This document shows, one piece after another, positions 27,679-38,160 of a stretch of 64,000 nucleotides of DNA. Location of the stretch: the IMG/VR virus record IMGVR_UViG_3300036846_001209, positions 1 to 64,000 of that record; one strand, 5' to 3'. Below the pieces are notes generated by a model, which was given only the letters and a program-made list of their open reading frames with translations, was not told where the DNA came from and did no database searches. Each line of letters opens with the position of its first letter. Within the stretch, counting starts at the first letter, position 1. The position numbers and the translations under genes were made by a program. This DNA is from a virus.

Positions 27679-27873
27679 TCAGATCAGGCGCTCGGCCTCG
27701 TCCTTCGCCTCGAGGACGGCGATGATGTCGATCATCAGGGCGATCTGCCGGTCGGCGGCGCGCTGGCTCATGCGCTTGGCGAATACCCGATTTGGGTAGA
27801 CTCGCTTGCGCAGCGTCAGTTCGCGCTTGGCTTCGGCGACGAGCTCGGCGGTGGTGAAGCGGACCCGGCCCAT
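27679..27873 (-). CDS. hypothetical protein
   Basis: AKRELTLRKRVYP motif. Confidence 0.55.
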   Translation of the reverse strand: MGRVRFTTAELVAEAKRELTLRKRVYPNRVFAKRMSQRAADRQIALMIDIIAVLEAKDEAERLI

Positions 27874-27874
27874 C

Positions 27875-28138
27875 TCAGTTCGCCTTCGCCGTTTCTTCGG
27901 CCGCATCGTCCAGCGCCGACAGCGTCAGTGCTTGGTCGTACCGCACCGCTTCCCTGACTTGGTCAGGCGGCGCGCCCGACATCACCAGCGCGATGACGGC
28001 GGTGGTGTAGGCGCTCGCCAGGATCGACAGCGTCGAGTTGACCGGATGGGCGTCGTCCAGCCCGGCGGCCTGCGCGATCAGCAGGATCTGGCGCACGGCG
28101 ACCACCTCCTCTGGCCGCACTTCCATGTCGTCGCTCAT
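27875..28138 (-). CDS. hypothetical protein
   Basis: High GC3, coupled. Confidence 0.5.
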   Translation of the reverse strand: MSDDMEVRPEEVVAVRQILLIAQAAGLDDAHPVNSTLSILASAYTTAVIALVMSGAPPDQVREAVRYDQALTLSALDDAAEETAKAN

Positions 28139-28317
28139 GGCTTCTTCCACGGCGTCAGGTGCCAGCGCAGCGTCATGTTGAGGTCGAGGGCCGCCGCTTC
28201 GGCGTCGGCCTCCTTGTCGAAGACGCCGACCACCACGCCGAGATCCTGGGGGCCAGCGGTCACCTGCCAGCGGTCGCCCAGCGGCTGGAAATCGAACACC
28301 GGGTCAGGCGCTGGCAT
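28135..28317 (-). CDS. hypothetical protein
   Basis: 60 aa, coupled. Confidence 0.5.
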   Translation of the reverse strand: MPAPDPVFDFQPLGDRWQVTAGPQDLGVVVGVFDKEADAEAAALDLNMTLRWHLTPWKKP

Positions 28318-28969
28318 CTTCGGCCGCCAGCTTCTCGATCGCGGTGTCGATCAGCAGCTTGAAGTCCTCAAGATCGGTGGCGTCGAGCGGCAACATCGTG
28401 GTGGTCGCCTTGGCGGGCGGGTTCAGCACGAGGAAGAGCGCGTCGTTGATCATCTCGATCGTCACGCGGACGCCGAGGTGGGTGGTGAACCACTCGATGC
28501 GGCGACGTCGGGCCATGTGGGTATCTCCTCTTGAATGGATGTGGCGCCATGTCCGTTGGTGGACGATGTCGCTGATGGTGCAGGGGTCGACGCCGTAGTC
28601 GGCAGCGATGGTGATGAGCATCTCGGCGGCTGCGGCACGCGCGCGAATCGCGGGGATATCGGCGGCCTGTAGGATCGTGCCTACCTGCCGGCCCTTGCGG
28701 AGCCGATCGACCATGTTCTCGGCGTGCGTGCCAGCGAACAGATGGTCGAGGCGGATGCAGGCGGGCGTGTCGCAGTGGTGGCAGATATGCGGGCGATCAG
28801 CCGGGATGGCGCCGCGCCATGCCTTCCAGGCCCAGCGGTGGGCGCGGTCTTTGACGCCCTGAAACTTCAGCGTCCCGTAGCCACGGGTGGCGTAGCCGCT
28901 CCAGAGCCAGCAGCCCCAGCCGTTCGTGTCGAACTCGATGCCCGCCAGGAGCCGCTCCTCAAGGGTCAT
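28304..28969 (-). CDS. HNH endonuclease, reading in frame into a downstream small gene (internal start 28516)
   Basis: CWLW..GYG...AHR...ICHHCDTPACIRLDHLFAGTHAEN plus HTH; GAGGAG RBS 8 nt before the internal ATG. Confidence 0.8.
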   Translation of the reverse strand: MTLEERLLAGIEFDTNGWGCWLWSGYATRGYGTLKFQGVKDRAHRWAWKAWRGAIPADRPHICHHCDTPACIRLDHLFAGTHAENMVDRLRKGRQVGTILQAADIPAIRARAAAAEMLITIAADYGVDPCTISDIVHQRTWRHIHSRGDTHMARRRRIEWFTTHLGVRVTIEMINDALFLVLNPPAKATTTMLPLDATDLEDFKLLIDTAIEKLAAEDASA

Positions 28970-29237
28970 CGACGCTCGTATCCTGATCGGCTAGCGTGAG
29001 GTGCTGCTGGCGGGTTTGATCTCCTCGAGCTGTCGGCGGCCACACTGGCGTGTGATTCGGTCCGGCGCTGGCCGCCACCGGCGGTGCCGGACCGATGCGC
29101 CGCCCCACCTCCCACCAATGCTGAACGTCGGCGCCCTGAGTGGCGAGCCGCTGCTGCAGGCTCTGGCGGTAGATGATGCGATAGCGCTCGGCGAGGTCGG
29201 CCCAATCCTGGCGCTCTTCAGCCGTCTCCGGGCGCAT
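28959..29237 (-). CDS. hypothetical protein
   Basis: MRPETAEERQDW..., TGATG coupling. Confidence 0.45.
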   Translation of the reverse strand: MRPETAEERQDWADLAERYRIIYRQSLQQRLATQGADVQHWWEVGRRIGPAPPVAASAGPNHTPVWPPTARGDQTRQQHLTLADQDTSVDDP

Positions 29238-29749
29238 CACGGCATCTCGTCGATATCGATCGTCGAGGCGTCGTAGCGGTTGGCTTGGCTGAGCGGCATC
29301 TTCAGCGGCACGCCCCAACGGCGCAGCGCATGTTCGACCTCGTCGAGATCGCGGGCCTTGGCCCAGATGTCGCGCCCGGTGCGCTGACAGGCGTCGCGGA
29401 AGTCGCGCTGTTCTTTGCTCAGGTTCCCGTCGGGCGCCTTGAGCTCGATGTAGTGGGTGACCCCGTCGGGGAAGAGGATCTGGATGTCGGGCCAGCCGCG
29501 GCGCACGCCGGCCTGCTTCATCTTCACCGCGACGGGCGCCGAGAGGCGCACGCCGGTCGCCGAGGCGGTGAAGACGTAGCCGTCGGGCAGCGCCCAGGTC
29601 AGCGCCGGGATGACATGGGCGGCCTGGAAGTTGTGTTCGGGCTGGCCGACCTTGCGCACCGCCCGCCGCCGTTTCTTCTGCGGCGGGTCGAAGAAGCCGG
29701 GCGTGCCTTGGCCTGGTCCGCGCCGGTAGGCATAGGGCGGCTTGGTCAA
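29237..29749 (-). CDS. VRR-NUC domain nuclease
   Basis: EHNFQ...GVRRGWPDI...IELKAPDGNLSKEQ. Confidence 0.8.
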   Translation of the reverse strand: MTKPPYAYRRGPGQGTPGFFDPPQKKRRRAVRKVGQPEHNFQAAHVIPALTWALPDGYVFTASATGVRLSAPVAVKMKQAGVRRGWPDIQILFPDGVTHYIELKAPDGNLSKEQRDFRDACQRTGRDIWAKARDLDEVEHALRRWGVPLKMPLSQANRYDASTIDIDEMP

Positions 29750-29970
29750 CTGGCGAGGCTCGCGATCTCTTCGTGGCGTTGGGCGATCAGCCGATCCAGC
29801 GCCGAGTTGAGTTCGGCCCAGCGGTCGACGCTCGGCTGCTGCCGACCGTGCCGGTAGCGCGAGATGGTGGCGGAGGCGATGCCCGACTCGTCGGCGAGTT
29901 CGTCATCGCGGATGCGGGCGTGACGCCGACGGTCATCGAAGTCGCGCATCTGGTCAGCAAACGGTTTCAT
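29746..29970 (-). CDS. XRE/Cro-type HTH regulator
   Basis: DELADESGIASATISRYRHGRQQPS; divergent from the 30098 operon. Confidence 0.8.
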   Translation of the reverse strand: MKPFADQMRDFDDRRRHARIRDDELADESGIASATISRYRHGRQQPSVDRWAELNSALDRLIAQRHEEIASLAS

Positions 29971-30031
29971 ATGTGCATGCTGCCAGAAAGGTGAGCGACC
30001 ATCAAGAGTGACGGATGCGGCAAGTTGGTTG

Positions 30032-30061
30032 TTGACGCGACTCGGCGTCTCGCCCTAAGTT
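30032..30061 (+). promoter_or_regulatory. sigma70-like promoter with upstream operator
   Basis: TTGACG-N18-TAAGTT; TGACG-GATG-CGGCA at 30009-30022. Confidence 0.55.
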
Positions 30062-30097
30062 GCAACCATCGAACACGCCAGAAGTGAGTTGCCCACC

Positions 30098-32492
30098 ATG
30101 TCCTCCCAAGACCACCGCGATCCCCAGCCGACCTACGCCGCCGCCAAGGCGCGCGTCGAGGCTGGCGACCTGTCCTTCGAAGCGATCGCGGGCATGTGCC
30201 ACGCGCACGCCCTGAAGCTGGCCGCCGACAGCGCCCATCTGGACGCCCGTTTCAACCCCGAGAACGATGTGAGGGGCCTGTGAGCCGCACCGAGAATCGT
30301 CTGTCCGAAGAGCGGATGCTGGAGCGCCTGCGGGCGGGCGAGACGGGCTTCGGCCACCGCCCGCTGCCGGACTACGCTGCCGCCGTCATCGCCAAGGTCG
30401 AGGCCCTGATGGGTCCGAAGAAAGAGCCGCCCATGCCCCTGAGCCGCCGCTACACCTACACCTGCAACATGGAGTGGGAAGACCACAACGAGACGGTCAC
30501 CGCCGTGCTGGACGACATCGTCGTCACCTACGGCGTCGAGTGGGCGGAGGCCGCGCCCGGCCCGGTCGACTCCACCGTCGTCGACATCGAGATCGTCTCG
30601 ATCGACGGCAAGCCGTGGGCCGACGTCGACGGCGGCTACGGCGGCAAGGCCGATCTCCTCGACACCATCGTGAACCGTCTGGAGATGGATCACGAAGAGC
30701 GGATGATCGAAGCGGCCACCGAAGTGGAGGCCGACGATGGCGACCGATGACACCCGTCCCCGCAAACTGCTGCAGGCCGCCGCCGCTGGCGGCCAGTGGG
30801 GCATCGTCTACAAGAACGCCAAGCGCGACGAGGACGACCTCTGCATGGGGTCGAAGCTGGTGGACGGCTGGGAGGCTATCGCCGCCCAGATCGTCGCCGT
30901 GCCAGACATGCTGGCCGCCCTGCGCGAGGTCGAGAAGGACAGCGACGACTCGAATCTGAGGCGCCTCGCCAGAGCCGCTCTCAGGAAGGCGGGGGCGCTC
31001 TGATGGCGCACGCCGTCCAGCACCCGACCTATGGTGCGCCGCTTCCGACGGGGAGGATCACGCTGACCAACGGCGTGGTCTTCCGCCCGTACAAGGCGGC
31101 GCCGCGCCTCACCGTGCGGTGCAGCGACGACCACCGCATCACCATCATCCCGCAGGCGCTGGGCTGGCTGGCGTTCATCGACCAGCGCCCGGTGATCGAC
31201 GGCAAGACCGGCGAGCGGCTGCGCTTTTCCAGCCGCGAGGAGGCCGAGCGCACCACTGCGTCGCTCGCCAAGCAACCGAGGACACCCACGCCATGACCGC
31301 CCGGGGGGGCAATCTTCTGATGGTCGTCAGCGGCCCGCTGCTGATCGACGATGACGTCGTCGCCTGCGAGAGCGTCGACGGCGCGCGCGCCATGCTGGTC
31401 GAGGAACTGGCGGTCACCGCGCAGGCGACCGACACTTGGGGCGACGCCTACGAGCTCGCCGTCGCCGAGGCGCGCGAAGCGCAGCCGCCGACCACCATCC
31501 ACCTGGGCGGCTTCGCCCATATCCTCACCTGGGAGCACTGACATGCCCGGCGCGATGACCGGCCCCTGGTGGGCGCCCAGCGACTACGAGGAGCGGCTGT
31601 CGATGACCGAGGCGCAGGAGCGCGCCCTGGAGGCAGCTGAGCTTGAGGAACGCTGCGACGCGCACGAGCGCGACTTCGACCCCGATCTGGATTGGGACGA
31701 TGGCTGAGCGCTTCACCGCCATCCGCGGCGAGGTCTGGGACCAGACCACGATGCCCGCCCGCAAGCTCGACCTCGAGGACGCGCGCATCATGGTCAACAT
31801 CTGGCGGCGCGAGGCCGAGGCCTGCCGTCAGGCCGGCGCCCGCGATCACGAACGTACCTGGTCGGATCCGGCGACGACGCTCACCAACGCCATCGAGGCC
31901 GCGGTGGTGCAGCGCAAGATGATGGGCTGGGCATGATGCCGCCTCGCCGCGACTCCTCCTGGCTGGTGATCGTCCTCCTGCTGGCGACCGCCGCCGTCCT
32001 TTTCACCGGCCTCCTAGCCACAATGCTGAGACACACGCCATGACCCGACTATCCTACGACGCGAAGGGCGCCATCGAAGCGGCCGCGCGCGTCATCGAAG
32101 ACAAACTGGCCGTCGACAAGCCGAAGGCTCGACAGGTCGCCCAGGCGGCGCTGGAGGCGGCGCTGCCGCACCTGATCAACCTCGCCGCTCCCCACCGCAT
32201 GGAGAAGCACTAGATGACCGTCGAGGTTGACGAAGCAGAAGTATGGCGCGGCGCCCAAGCCGTCATCTATCTGCTGACCGAGCGTTCGAAGAAGTCGAAG
32301 ACCCCAGGAACCGCAGAGTCTTTCGTCGCAAGCTGCGTCGCCATCCTCTGTGCAGCACTCGCGCTGGTGGTCCGCACCTTCATGGACGACGAACACCTGA
32401 GCGAGGGGTTCGAACTGGCGCACGCCCAACTCGATGACATGGCCGAGTACATGATCGCTCGCCGCCCCTACACGCCTATGGAGAAGCACTAG
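30098..32492 (+). other. run of about 10 small coupled hypothetical genes (30098-30283, 30280-30750, 30737-31003, 31003-31296, 31293-31541, 31543-31707, 31700-31936, two <60 aa ORFs, 32214-32492)
   Basis: Overlapping start/stop codons and high GC3; no recognisable motifs. Confidence 0.55.
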
Positions 32493-33380
32493 ATGCGCGC
32501 GTTCGCATGGAACGGCGAGAAGATCGCCAAGCCGGGCGCCTATGTCGGCCTGCCGATCGACGTCTACCACGGCGATCCGGTGGTCGGGCGCTTCGTCACC
32601 GCCGGGTCGCTGAGCCGCGCCTCGAGGTCGCTGGCGCACTTCTGGGCCTACTGCCAGTGGAACCCGCAGCACGAGCCGCCCGACATCGACGTCGACGCGC
32701 TGCGCTTCGGCAAGGCCGCGCACCTGCTGGCCTTCGAGCCGGAACTCTTTGATCGCCAGTTTGCGGTCTGCCCCTACGGCGACGACTACCGCCCGAGGGA
32801 CGCCAAGCAGTGGAAGGCCGAACTCAGCCCCACCCTCATGCCGCTGCGCCCGCGCGAGCACATCACGCTGCTGCGGATGAGCGACGCGCTTCGCAAGGAT
32901 CCCGAGGCGCGGGCGCTGTTCGCGCACGGCCTGCCCGAGATGAGCTTCGTCGCCAAGGACGAGGCGACGGGGATCTGGATGCTGACCCGGCCGGACTTCA
33001 CGCCGGCCAGCGCCGGGCGCGGCCTCGCCGACTACAAGACGAGCGCTGACGGCGCCTGGGAAGCCTTCGGGCGGGCGGCGTTCAGCTACGACTACGACCT
33101 TCAGGTCGGGCTGGCGCTTGACGTAGTCGCCGCATCGACAGGAGAGATGCGTCCGACTATGTGGTTCGTTGTGCAAGAAAAGGAGCCGCCCTTCTGCGTC
33201 AGCATCCACCGCTGGGAAGCCGATCAGATCCTCTACGGCAGGCGCCGCGTGCGCGAGCTCCTCGACCGGATCGCCTTCGCGATCGAGAGCGGCGAGTGGC
33301 CCGGCTACGGCGCGGCGCAGTCGCTGCACACTCCGTTCTACGTTCGCCGCAAGATCGAAGAGCAGGAGCAGGCAGTATGA
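32493..33380 (+). CDS. RecE/exonuclease VIII-like PD-(D/E)XK exonuclease
   Basis: YH...FGKAAHLLAFEP...PEMSF...TRPDF...DYKT...YDLQ...FVVQEKEPPF...WPGY. Confidence 0.8.
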   Translation: MRAFAWNGEKIAKPGAYVGLPIDVYHGDPVVGRFVTAGSLSRASRSLAHFWAYCQWNPQHEPPDIDVDALRFGKAAHLLAFEPELFDRQFAVCPYGDDYRPRDAKQWKAELSPTLMPLRPREHITLLRMSDALRKDPEARALFAHGLPEMSFVAKDEATGIWMLTRPDFTPASAGRGLADYKTSADGAWEAFGRAAFSYDYDLQVGLALDVVAASTGEMRPTMWFVVQEKEPPFCVSIHRWEADQILYGRRRVRELLDRIAFAIESGEWPGYGAAQSLHTPFYVRRKIEEQEQAV

Positions 33381-33601
33381 AAACGCTCTTCAACTTGGTG
33401 GTCGCCGGTATCTTCGGCCTCATCATGGTCGCGCTGACCGGCGCGACTGGCGGCCTCGCTCTCGTCGTCTTCCTGTTCTTCGCGTGGAAGATCAGCGTGG
33501 GCGCGGCGAACGACGAAGCCGAGGCCGAAGCCGCGCGCGTCCAGGCCCAGAAAGACGAACTCCTCGAAACCCTCCTCAGAAAGCACCAGCACGATGTCTG
33601 A
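33377..33601 (+). CDS. small membrane protein
   Basis: Two short hydrophobic segments followed by a charged tail. Confidence 0.55.
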   Translation: MKTLFNLVVAGIFGLIMVALTGATGGLALVVFLFFAWKISVGAANDEAEAEAARVQAQKDELLETLLRKHQHDV

Positions 33602-34694
33602 CACCGCCCAGCCCGACGCCAAGCCGCAGCTACCCGCCAAGGCGCCGCCGCCCGAGTTCAGGACCGGCGGCAAGCTCGCCGCGCTGATCCCGCAGTCGAT
33701 CGAAGAGGCGTGGCGGCTCGCCCAGTACCTCGCCGAGTCCGACCTGGCGCCGCGCGACATGAAGAAGCCCGCGCAGATCATCGTGGCGATCATGGCGGGC
33801 GCCGAGGTCGGGCTGCCGCCGATCCAGGCGATCCAGTCGATCGCGGTGATCAACGGTCGGCCCACCATCTGGGGCGACGGCCTGCTGGCGGTCGTCCTGG
33901 CCCGCAAGGTCAAGGTCGAAGAGTGGATGGAGGGCGAAGGCGACGAGCGCGTCGCCTACTGCGAGGTCACCCGCCCCGACACCGGGCAGGTGGTGGTGCG
34001 CTCCTTCAGCGTCGCGGACGCCAAGGAGGCCAAGCTCTGGATGAAGAAGGGCCAGCAGGGCCAGGACACGCCGTGGGTGACCTACCCGCGCCGCATGCTG
34101 CAGATGCGCGCCAGATCCTGGGCGATCCGCGACAACTGCGCCGACATCCTGCGCGGCATCCAAGTGCGCGAGGAGGTCGTCGACTACGACACGGGCGCCA
34201 CGGTGACCAACCCGGATGAGCGGGCGCCGTCACCCGTCTCGACCTTCCTGGCGACCGACGTGGCGACCGGCGCGGACGCCACCATCGACATCGTCGACGC
34301 CTCCTACGAGGAGCCGGGCGGTGGCGAGGTCCCGGCCGCAACCGAATCCGAAAACCAGCCCGAATCGGCAACCAAACCCGAACCCGAGGCCGAATCGCCA
34401 ACTGAGGCCGCCGAATCACCAAGTGAGGCCCCTGCATCGCCAAGTGAGCCAGAGGTGGTCGAGGTGAAGGCGCAGCCGTCGGGGCTGGCGCCGACGGCGC
34501 GCTGGATCGCCCAGGTCCGCGAGGCGTTCGAAGCGACCAAGACCAAGCCCGAGATGAAGGCGCTGGAGGCGCGCTGGAAGAGCCGGGCGAACATCGACTC
34601 GCTGGAGCAACTGCGCGCCCAGGATCCGCGGCTCGCCGAGTCGCTGGAGCGCGACTACGAGGCGCTCGAGCAGCAGATCCGCGGCGGCAAGTGA
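33594..34694 (+). CDS. RecT/Red-beta-like ssDNA annealing protein
   Basis: GAEVGLPPIQAIQSIAVINGRPTIWGD...PWVTYPRRML..RA; lies one small ORF downstream of the exonuclease. Confidence 0.8.
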   Translation: MSDTAQPDAKPQLPAKAPPPEFRTGGKLAALIPQSIEEAWRLAQYLAESDLAPRDMKKPAQIIVAIMAGAEVGLPPIQAIQSIAVINGRPTIWGDGLLAVVLARKVKVEEWMEGEGDERVAYCEVTRPDTGQVVVRSFSVADAKEAKLWMKKGQQGQDTPWVTYPRRMLQMRARSWAIRDNCADILRGIQVREEVVDYDTGATVTNPDERAPSPVSTFLATDVATGADATIDIVDASYEEPGGGEVPAATESENQPESATKPEPEAESPTEAAESPSEAPASPSEPEVVEVKAQPSGLAPTARWIAQVREAFEATKTKPEMKALEARWKSRANIDSLEQLRAQDPRLAESLERDYEALEQQIRGGK

Positions 34695-35167
34695 TGGTCG
34701 CCTTCCGTCAGCTGGGCCGCGACGACGAGGTGTTCTCGTGGATGGACCGCCACGGCGTCCTCACCCACATCGCCTCGACGCGGCTGCGCGTCTACCTCGC
34801 CGGCGCGGATTGGCCGGTGAGCGACGTCGCGCTGCGCCCCGAGTTCGTGCTGGCCGTCGCCTCGCAGAACGGCCTCGAGGAGCAGCACCTCGACGCCTAC
34901 CCGCTCACCAAACTGAACGAGCCAGCGATCATGCTCGACCGCGGCGACGGCACCCACACGGTTGCCGATGGTTCCCACCGCCTGGTCAAGCGCGCGCTGC
35001 TGGGGATGCCCAACGTGCCGACCTACCTCGTTCCCGAGGCGGTCTGGCGGCGCTTCGCGATCCCCGACATGCCCGAGCATGTGCTGGGCTGGCGCGAGTG
35101 GCTCGCCACCGCCAACCCCGACGCCGGGCGCTTCCACGATGTCCCACCACCAGGGAGAGCCGGATGA
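34691..35167 (+). CDS. ParB/Srx N-terminal-like protein
   Basis: PAIML...TVADGSHRL..RALLG..VP motif. Confidence 0.55.
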   Translation: MMVAFRQLGRDDEVFSWMDRHGVLTHIASTRLRVYLAGADWPVSDVALRPEFVLAVASQNGLEEQHLDAYPLTKLNEPAIMLDRGDGTHTVADGSHRLVKRALLGMPNVPTYLVPEAVWRRFAIPDMPEHVLGWREWLATANPDAGRFHDVPPPGRAG

Positions 35168-35628
35168 GGAAGATCCCGCCCGCCGACCAGATCGAGATCG
35201 TGCATGCCGAGGACCCGCCGCCTTTGCCGCGGGGGCCGCTGCCGGACGAGACGCCGCTCAGCGAGCTCTACCTCACCGGCCGCCCGCGCAGCGTCCTGAA
35301 GGCCTATCGCCGGTTTGAACGTCAGGCGAGCGGCGCTATTGGCGACGATTGGGGCATGCCGGTGATCCTGGCGACGGTCGGCGATCTCAGGCGCGAGAGC
35401 GACTACTCGCTGCTGGCCCAGCAGAACTGCGGTCGCAAGTCCCTGAAGGAGCTCCGCGAGGCCTGCGGCGATGCGTTCCCGCACGACCGGAAACTCTATC
35501 CCCAGACGCTGACCGAGGCGCTCGGCAAGGACAAGGCCGAGATCGTCATCGCCATGCGGTCGGTGGCGGGCAACCTCTACCGGCTCGCCAACCTGATCGA
35601 GCAGGCCGGGCGGAGGGGGTCGCTATGA
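35164..35628 (+). CDS. stand-alone RNA polymerase alpha-CTD-like protein
   Basis: PLSELYLTGRPRSVLK...TVGDL....LLAQQNCGRKSLKELRE parallels RpoA CTD (LELTVRS.NCLK...IGDL...LLKTPNLGKKSL.EI). Confidence 0.7.
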   Translation: MRKIPPADQIEIVHAEDPPPLPRGPLPDETPLSELYLTGRPRSVLKAYRRFERQASGAIGDDWGMPVILATVGDLRRESDYSLLAQQNCGRKSLKELREACGDAFPHDRKLYPQTLTEALGKDKAEIVIAMRSVAGNLYRLANLIEQAGRRGSL

Positions 35629-35737
35629 TCCTGATCGGCAAGAAGGACGGCTCGCGCTGGTATCTGTGCCCGTGGAGCGGGCGCTGCATCAAACTGCCCG
35701 GAGCGAGTGCGCCGGCCCAACCCCGAGGAGAGAAGTA

Positions 35738-36088
35738 GTGGCCGAGATCAAGACCGCCGAGGACGTCGTGAAAAGCCTCGACGCCCACCGCGACCGACAG
35801 CGTCGGGAGCAGAAGCAGCACGACGCCGCCTACGAGGCCGAGCGCGACCGGCTGGAGGCCTACGAGGACTTGCGCGACGAGGTGATGAGCCTCGTGAAGA
35901 ACTCGCAGCTTAGCTACGAGGACATCCACGGTCGCTGCGGGCCGCATCCATCGACGCTGGCGAAGTGGGCCGAGCAGCAGACCAAGTTTCCACGGCTGGG
36001 CAAGTTGCAGTCGACGGCGCGGATCTGCGGCTACGACATCGGCGTCATCGAAGGGCGCCGCGGCGTCTCCAAGGTGGCGGCCGAGTGA
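35738..36088 (+). CDS. HTH (XRE-like) protein
   Basis: SQLSYEDIHGRCGPHPSTLAKW....TKFPRLGKL; GAGGAG RBS plus GTG. Confidence 0.6.
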   Translation: MAEIKTAEDVVKSLDAHRDRQRREQKQHDAAYEAERDRLEAYEDLRDEVMSLVKNSQLSYEDIHGRCGPHPSTLAKWAEQQTKFPRLGKLQSTARICGYDIGVIEGRRGVSKVAAE

Positions 36089-38160
36089 TGCTGCCGATGA
36101 AGCCAGCGACGATGGAAGCGGCCGCCGAGGCCTACCGCAAGCAGGCGCGCTTCAACTATGTCTGCCGGGCGATCGTCGCCGAGGAGATGCAGACCGCCCG
36201 CCGGGCGCTGCATGAGGCCGAGCGCGACCCCTACAACCTGTTCGAGATCGTCGACTATGTCGCCACCAGCATCGCCATCCGGGTGCTGCAGACGGTCTAC
36301 GAGAACGACCGCGAGATCGCCGACTTGCATACCCAAATCGAGCGGCTGACCGCGATCGTCACCGAGGGCAGCTACCTCCTGCGGCCGCCGACGATCATCG
36401 TCCCGAAGCCATGACCGAGCCGCCAACCCACCTCGCAATCTGCAGCCGCACCGGCGGACCGCTGACGTGGCGCTGCCTGGGCGAGCGGCGCGAGGGCGGT
36501 GTCTGGTCGGTGGTGTGCCCCAACTGCAGCCCGCTCGACTGGATCAAGAGGAGAGAACATGCCCAAGCCGAAGCCCTTCCCACCCCCGCTGCCCGAGGGC
36601 GTCGCCGAGATCACCACCGTGTTCGAAGTGCGCGTGCGCGGCGACATGGACGGCGAGCGGCGGACGCGGTGGACGAATCACCTGCTGACGATGGTGAGCG
36701 AGGCGGGCCTTGAGGGCCTCGTCATCGGCTACCAAGAGGTGAACGGCGAGGAGATGCCATGAAGGCCGCCGAGCGCCGCCGCCGCCTCGAGGCGAAGATC
36801 GCCGAGGAGCACACCACGCCGCGGTCGGCCTGGTACTGGATGTCGTTCGTGGATCCCGACCGCCCGGCGGGCGACCGCTTTCTGGGCGTCGCGATCGTGT
36901 GGGCCGACGGGCCAGTGACGGCGGTGTCGAAGACCCACGAGCTCGACATCAACCCAGGCGGCGAGGTCGCCATCGTGCGCCTGCCCGAGGCCCCGCCGCT
37001 TGGCTACACCGACCGGCTGCTCGACACCGCGGCCGCACGTATCGCTGGAGGCTATCCCCGTGCATCGTGAACTGAACGCGGCGATCCGCGACATCCCGCT
37101 GCCGCTCAACATGTTGAGCCTGCCGGTCGACGATCGCGGCTTCCCGGTGCCGTGGTTCGTCTCCTGGGTCGAGGGCAAGCCGGACTTTCGCATCGTGCAG
37201 ACCGGCAAGCGCGGCCTCGCCTACAAGCAGGAGCGCTGCTGGATCTGCGGCGGCAAACTCGGCCGGCTGAAGGCCAGCGTCGTCGGCCCGATGTGCGTCG
37301 TGAACAAGGTGAGCTCGGAGCCGCCCTCGCATCCCGAGTGCGCGCGCTACGCGGCGAAGGCCTGCCCGTTCCTCTCGCGCCCGCGCATGCGCCGCAACGA
37401 GAAGGACTTGCCCGACGCGCGCCAGAACCCTGGCGGCATCGCGCTCGACCGCAACCCCGGCGTCGCCGCCATCTGGTTCAGCCTGCGCATGTCGAAGCCC
37501 TTCGCGACCGGCGACGGCGGCTACCTGTTCGACCTAGGCCCGGTGGACCGGGTCGAGTGGTACGCCGAGCGCCGCGCGGCGACCTTCGACGAGGTGGTGA
37601 CCTCGATCGCCACCGGCCTGCCCGAGCTCAGCCGCCTGGCGCTGGCCGAGGGCCAGGAGGCGGTCGATGCGCTGGGCGAGGCGCTGGTCGCTGCGTCCAG
37701 GCTGATTCCACCCGACCCGGCGATGGAGGGTGCCGCATGATCGCGCACGGCTGGGCAGTCGAAGAGCGCGGCGAGATCAGCGTCCGCACGGTGCAGGACA
37801 CGCGGATCGGCGCGATGGTGAACTGGCTGGTGGTCAGCGCCGGCATCAGCGTCATGCGCGGCGACTCCGACGAGACGATCAAGAACGCCTTCGATCACTA
37901 CGCGGCGCTGGCCGAGGCCAAGCTGGTCAAGGTCACCATCCAAGAGGCCGACCATGACGCAAACTGAAGGCGCGGCGCACCGCCTGCGAATCTTCGTCGA
38001 GACGCCGGGCGACTACATCCAGCCGCTACTCGCGGCCTATAGTGACGGCAGCAACGCCTATGTGCAGGCGCAGGAGGCCTTCAAGGCGGACCTCCGCGCG
38101 CTGCTGCAGGCGCTAGAGGAGAAGCAAGATGCAAACGGAACAGATCACCGTCGATCGTGA
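36088..38160 (+). other. run of small hypothetical genes (36088-36414, 36411-, 36559-36762, 36759-37070, 37060-37740, 37737-37967, 37954-38160)
   Basis: Coupled ORFs; 37060-37740 carries CWICG...PSHPEC...CPFL (Cys/His cluster). Confidence 0.55.

Noticed and set aside
36241-36282. Possible self-target of the pentamer array read as NN-x-NN-x (19 of 28 positions match)
   Set aside because: A rough binomial estimate gives about one such match by chance in 64 kb on two strands, both ends mismatch, and the gap rule is assumed.
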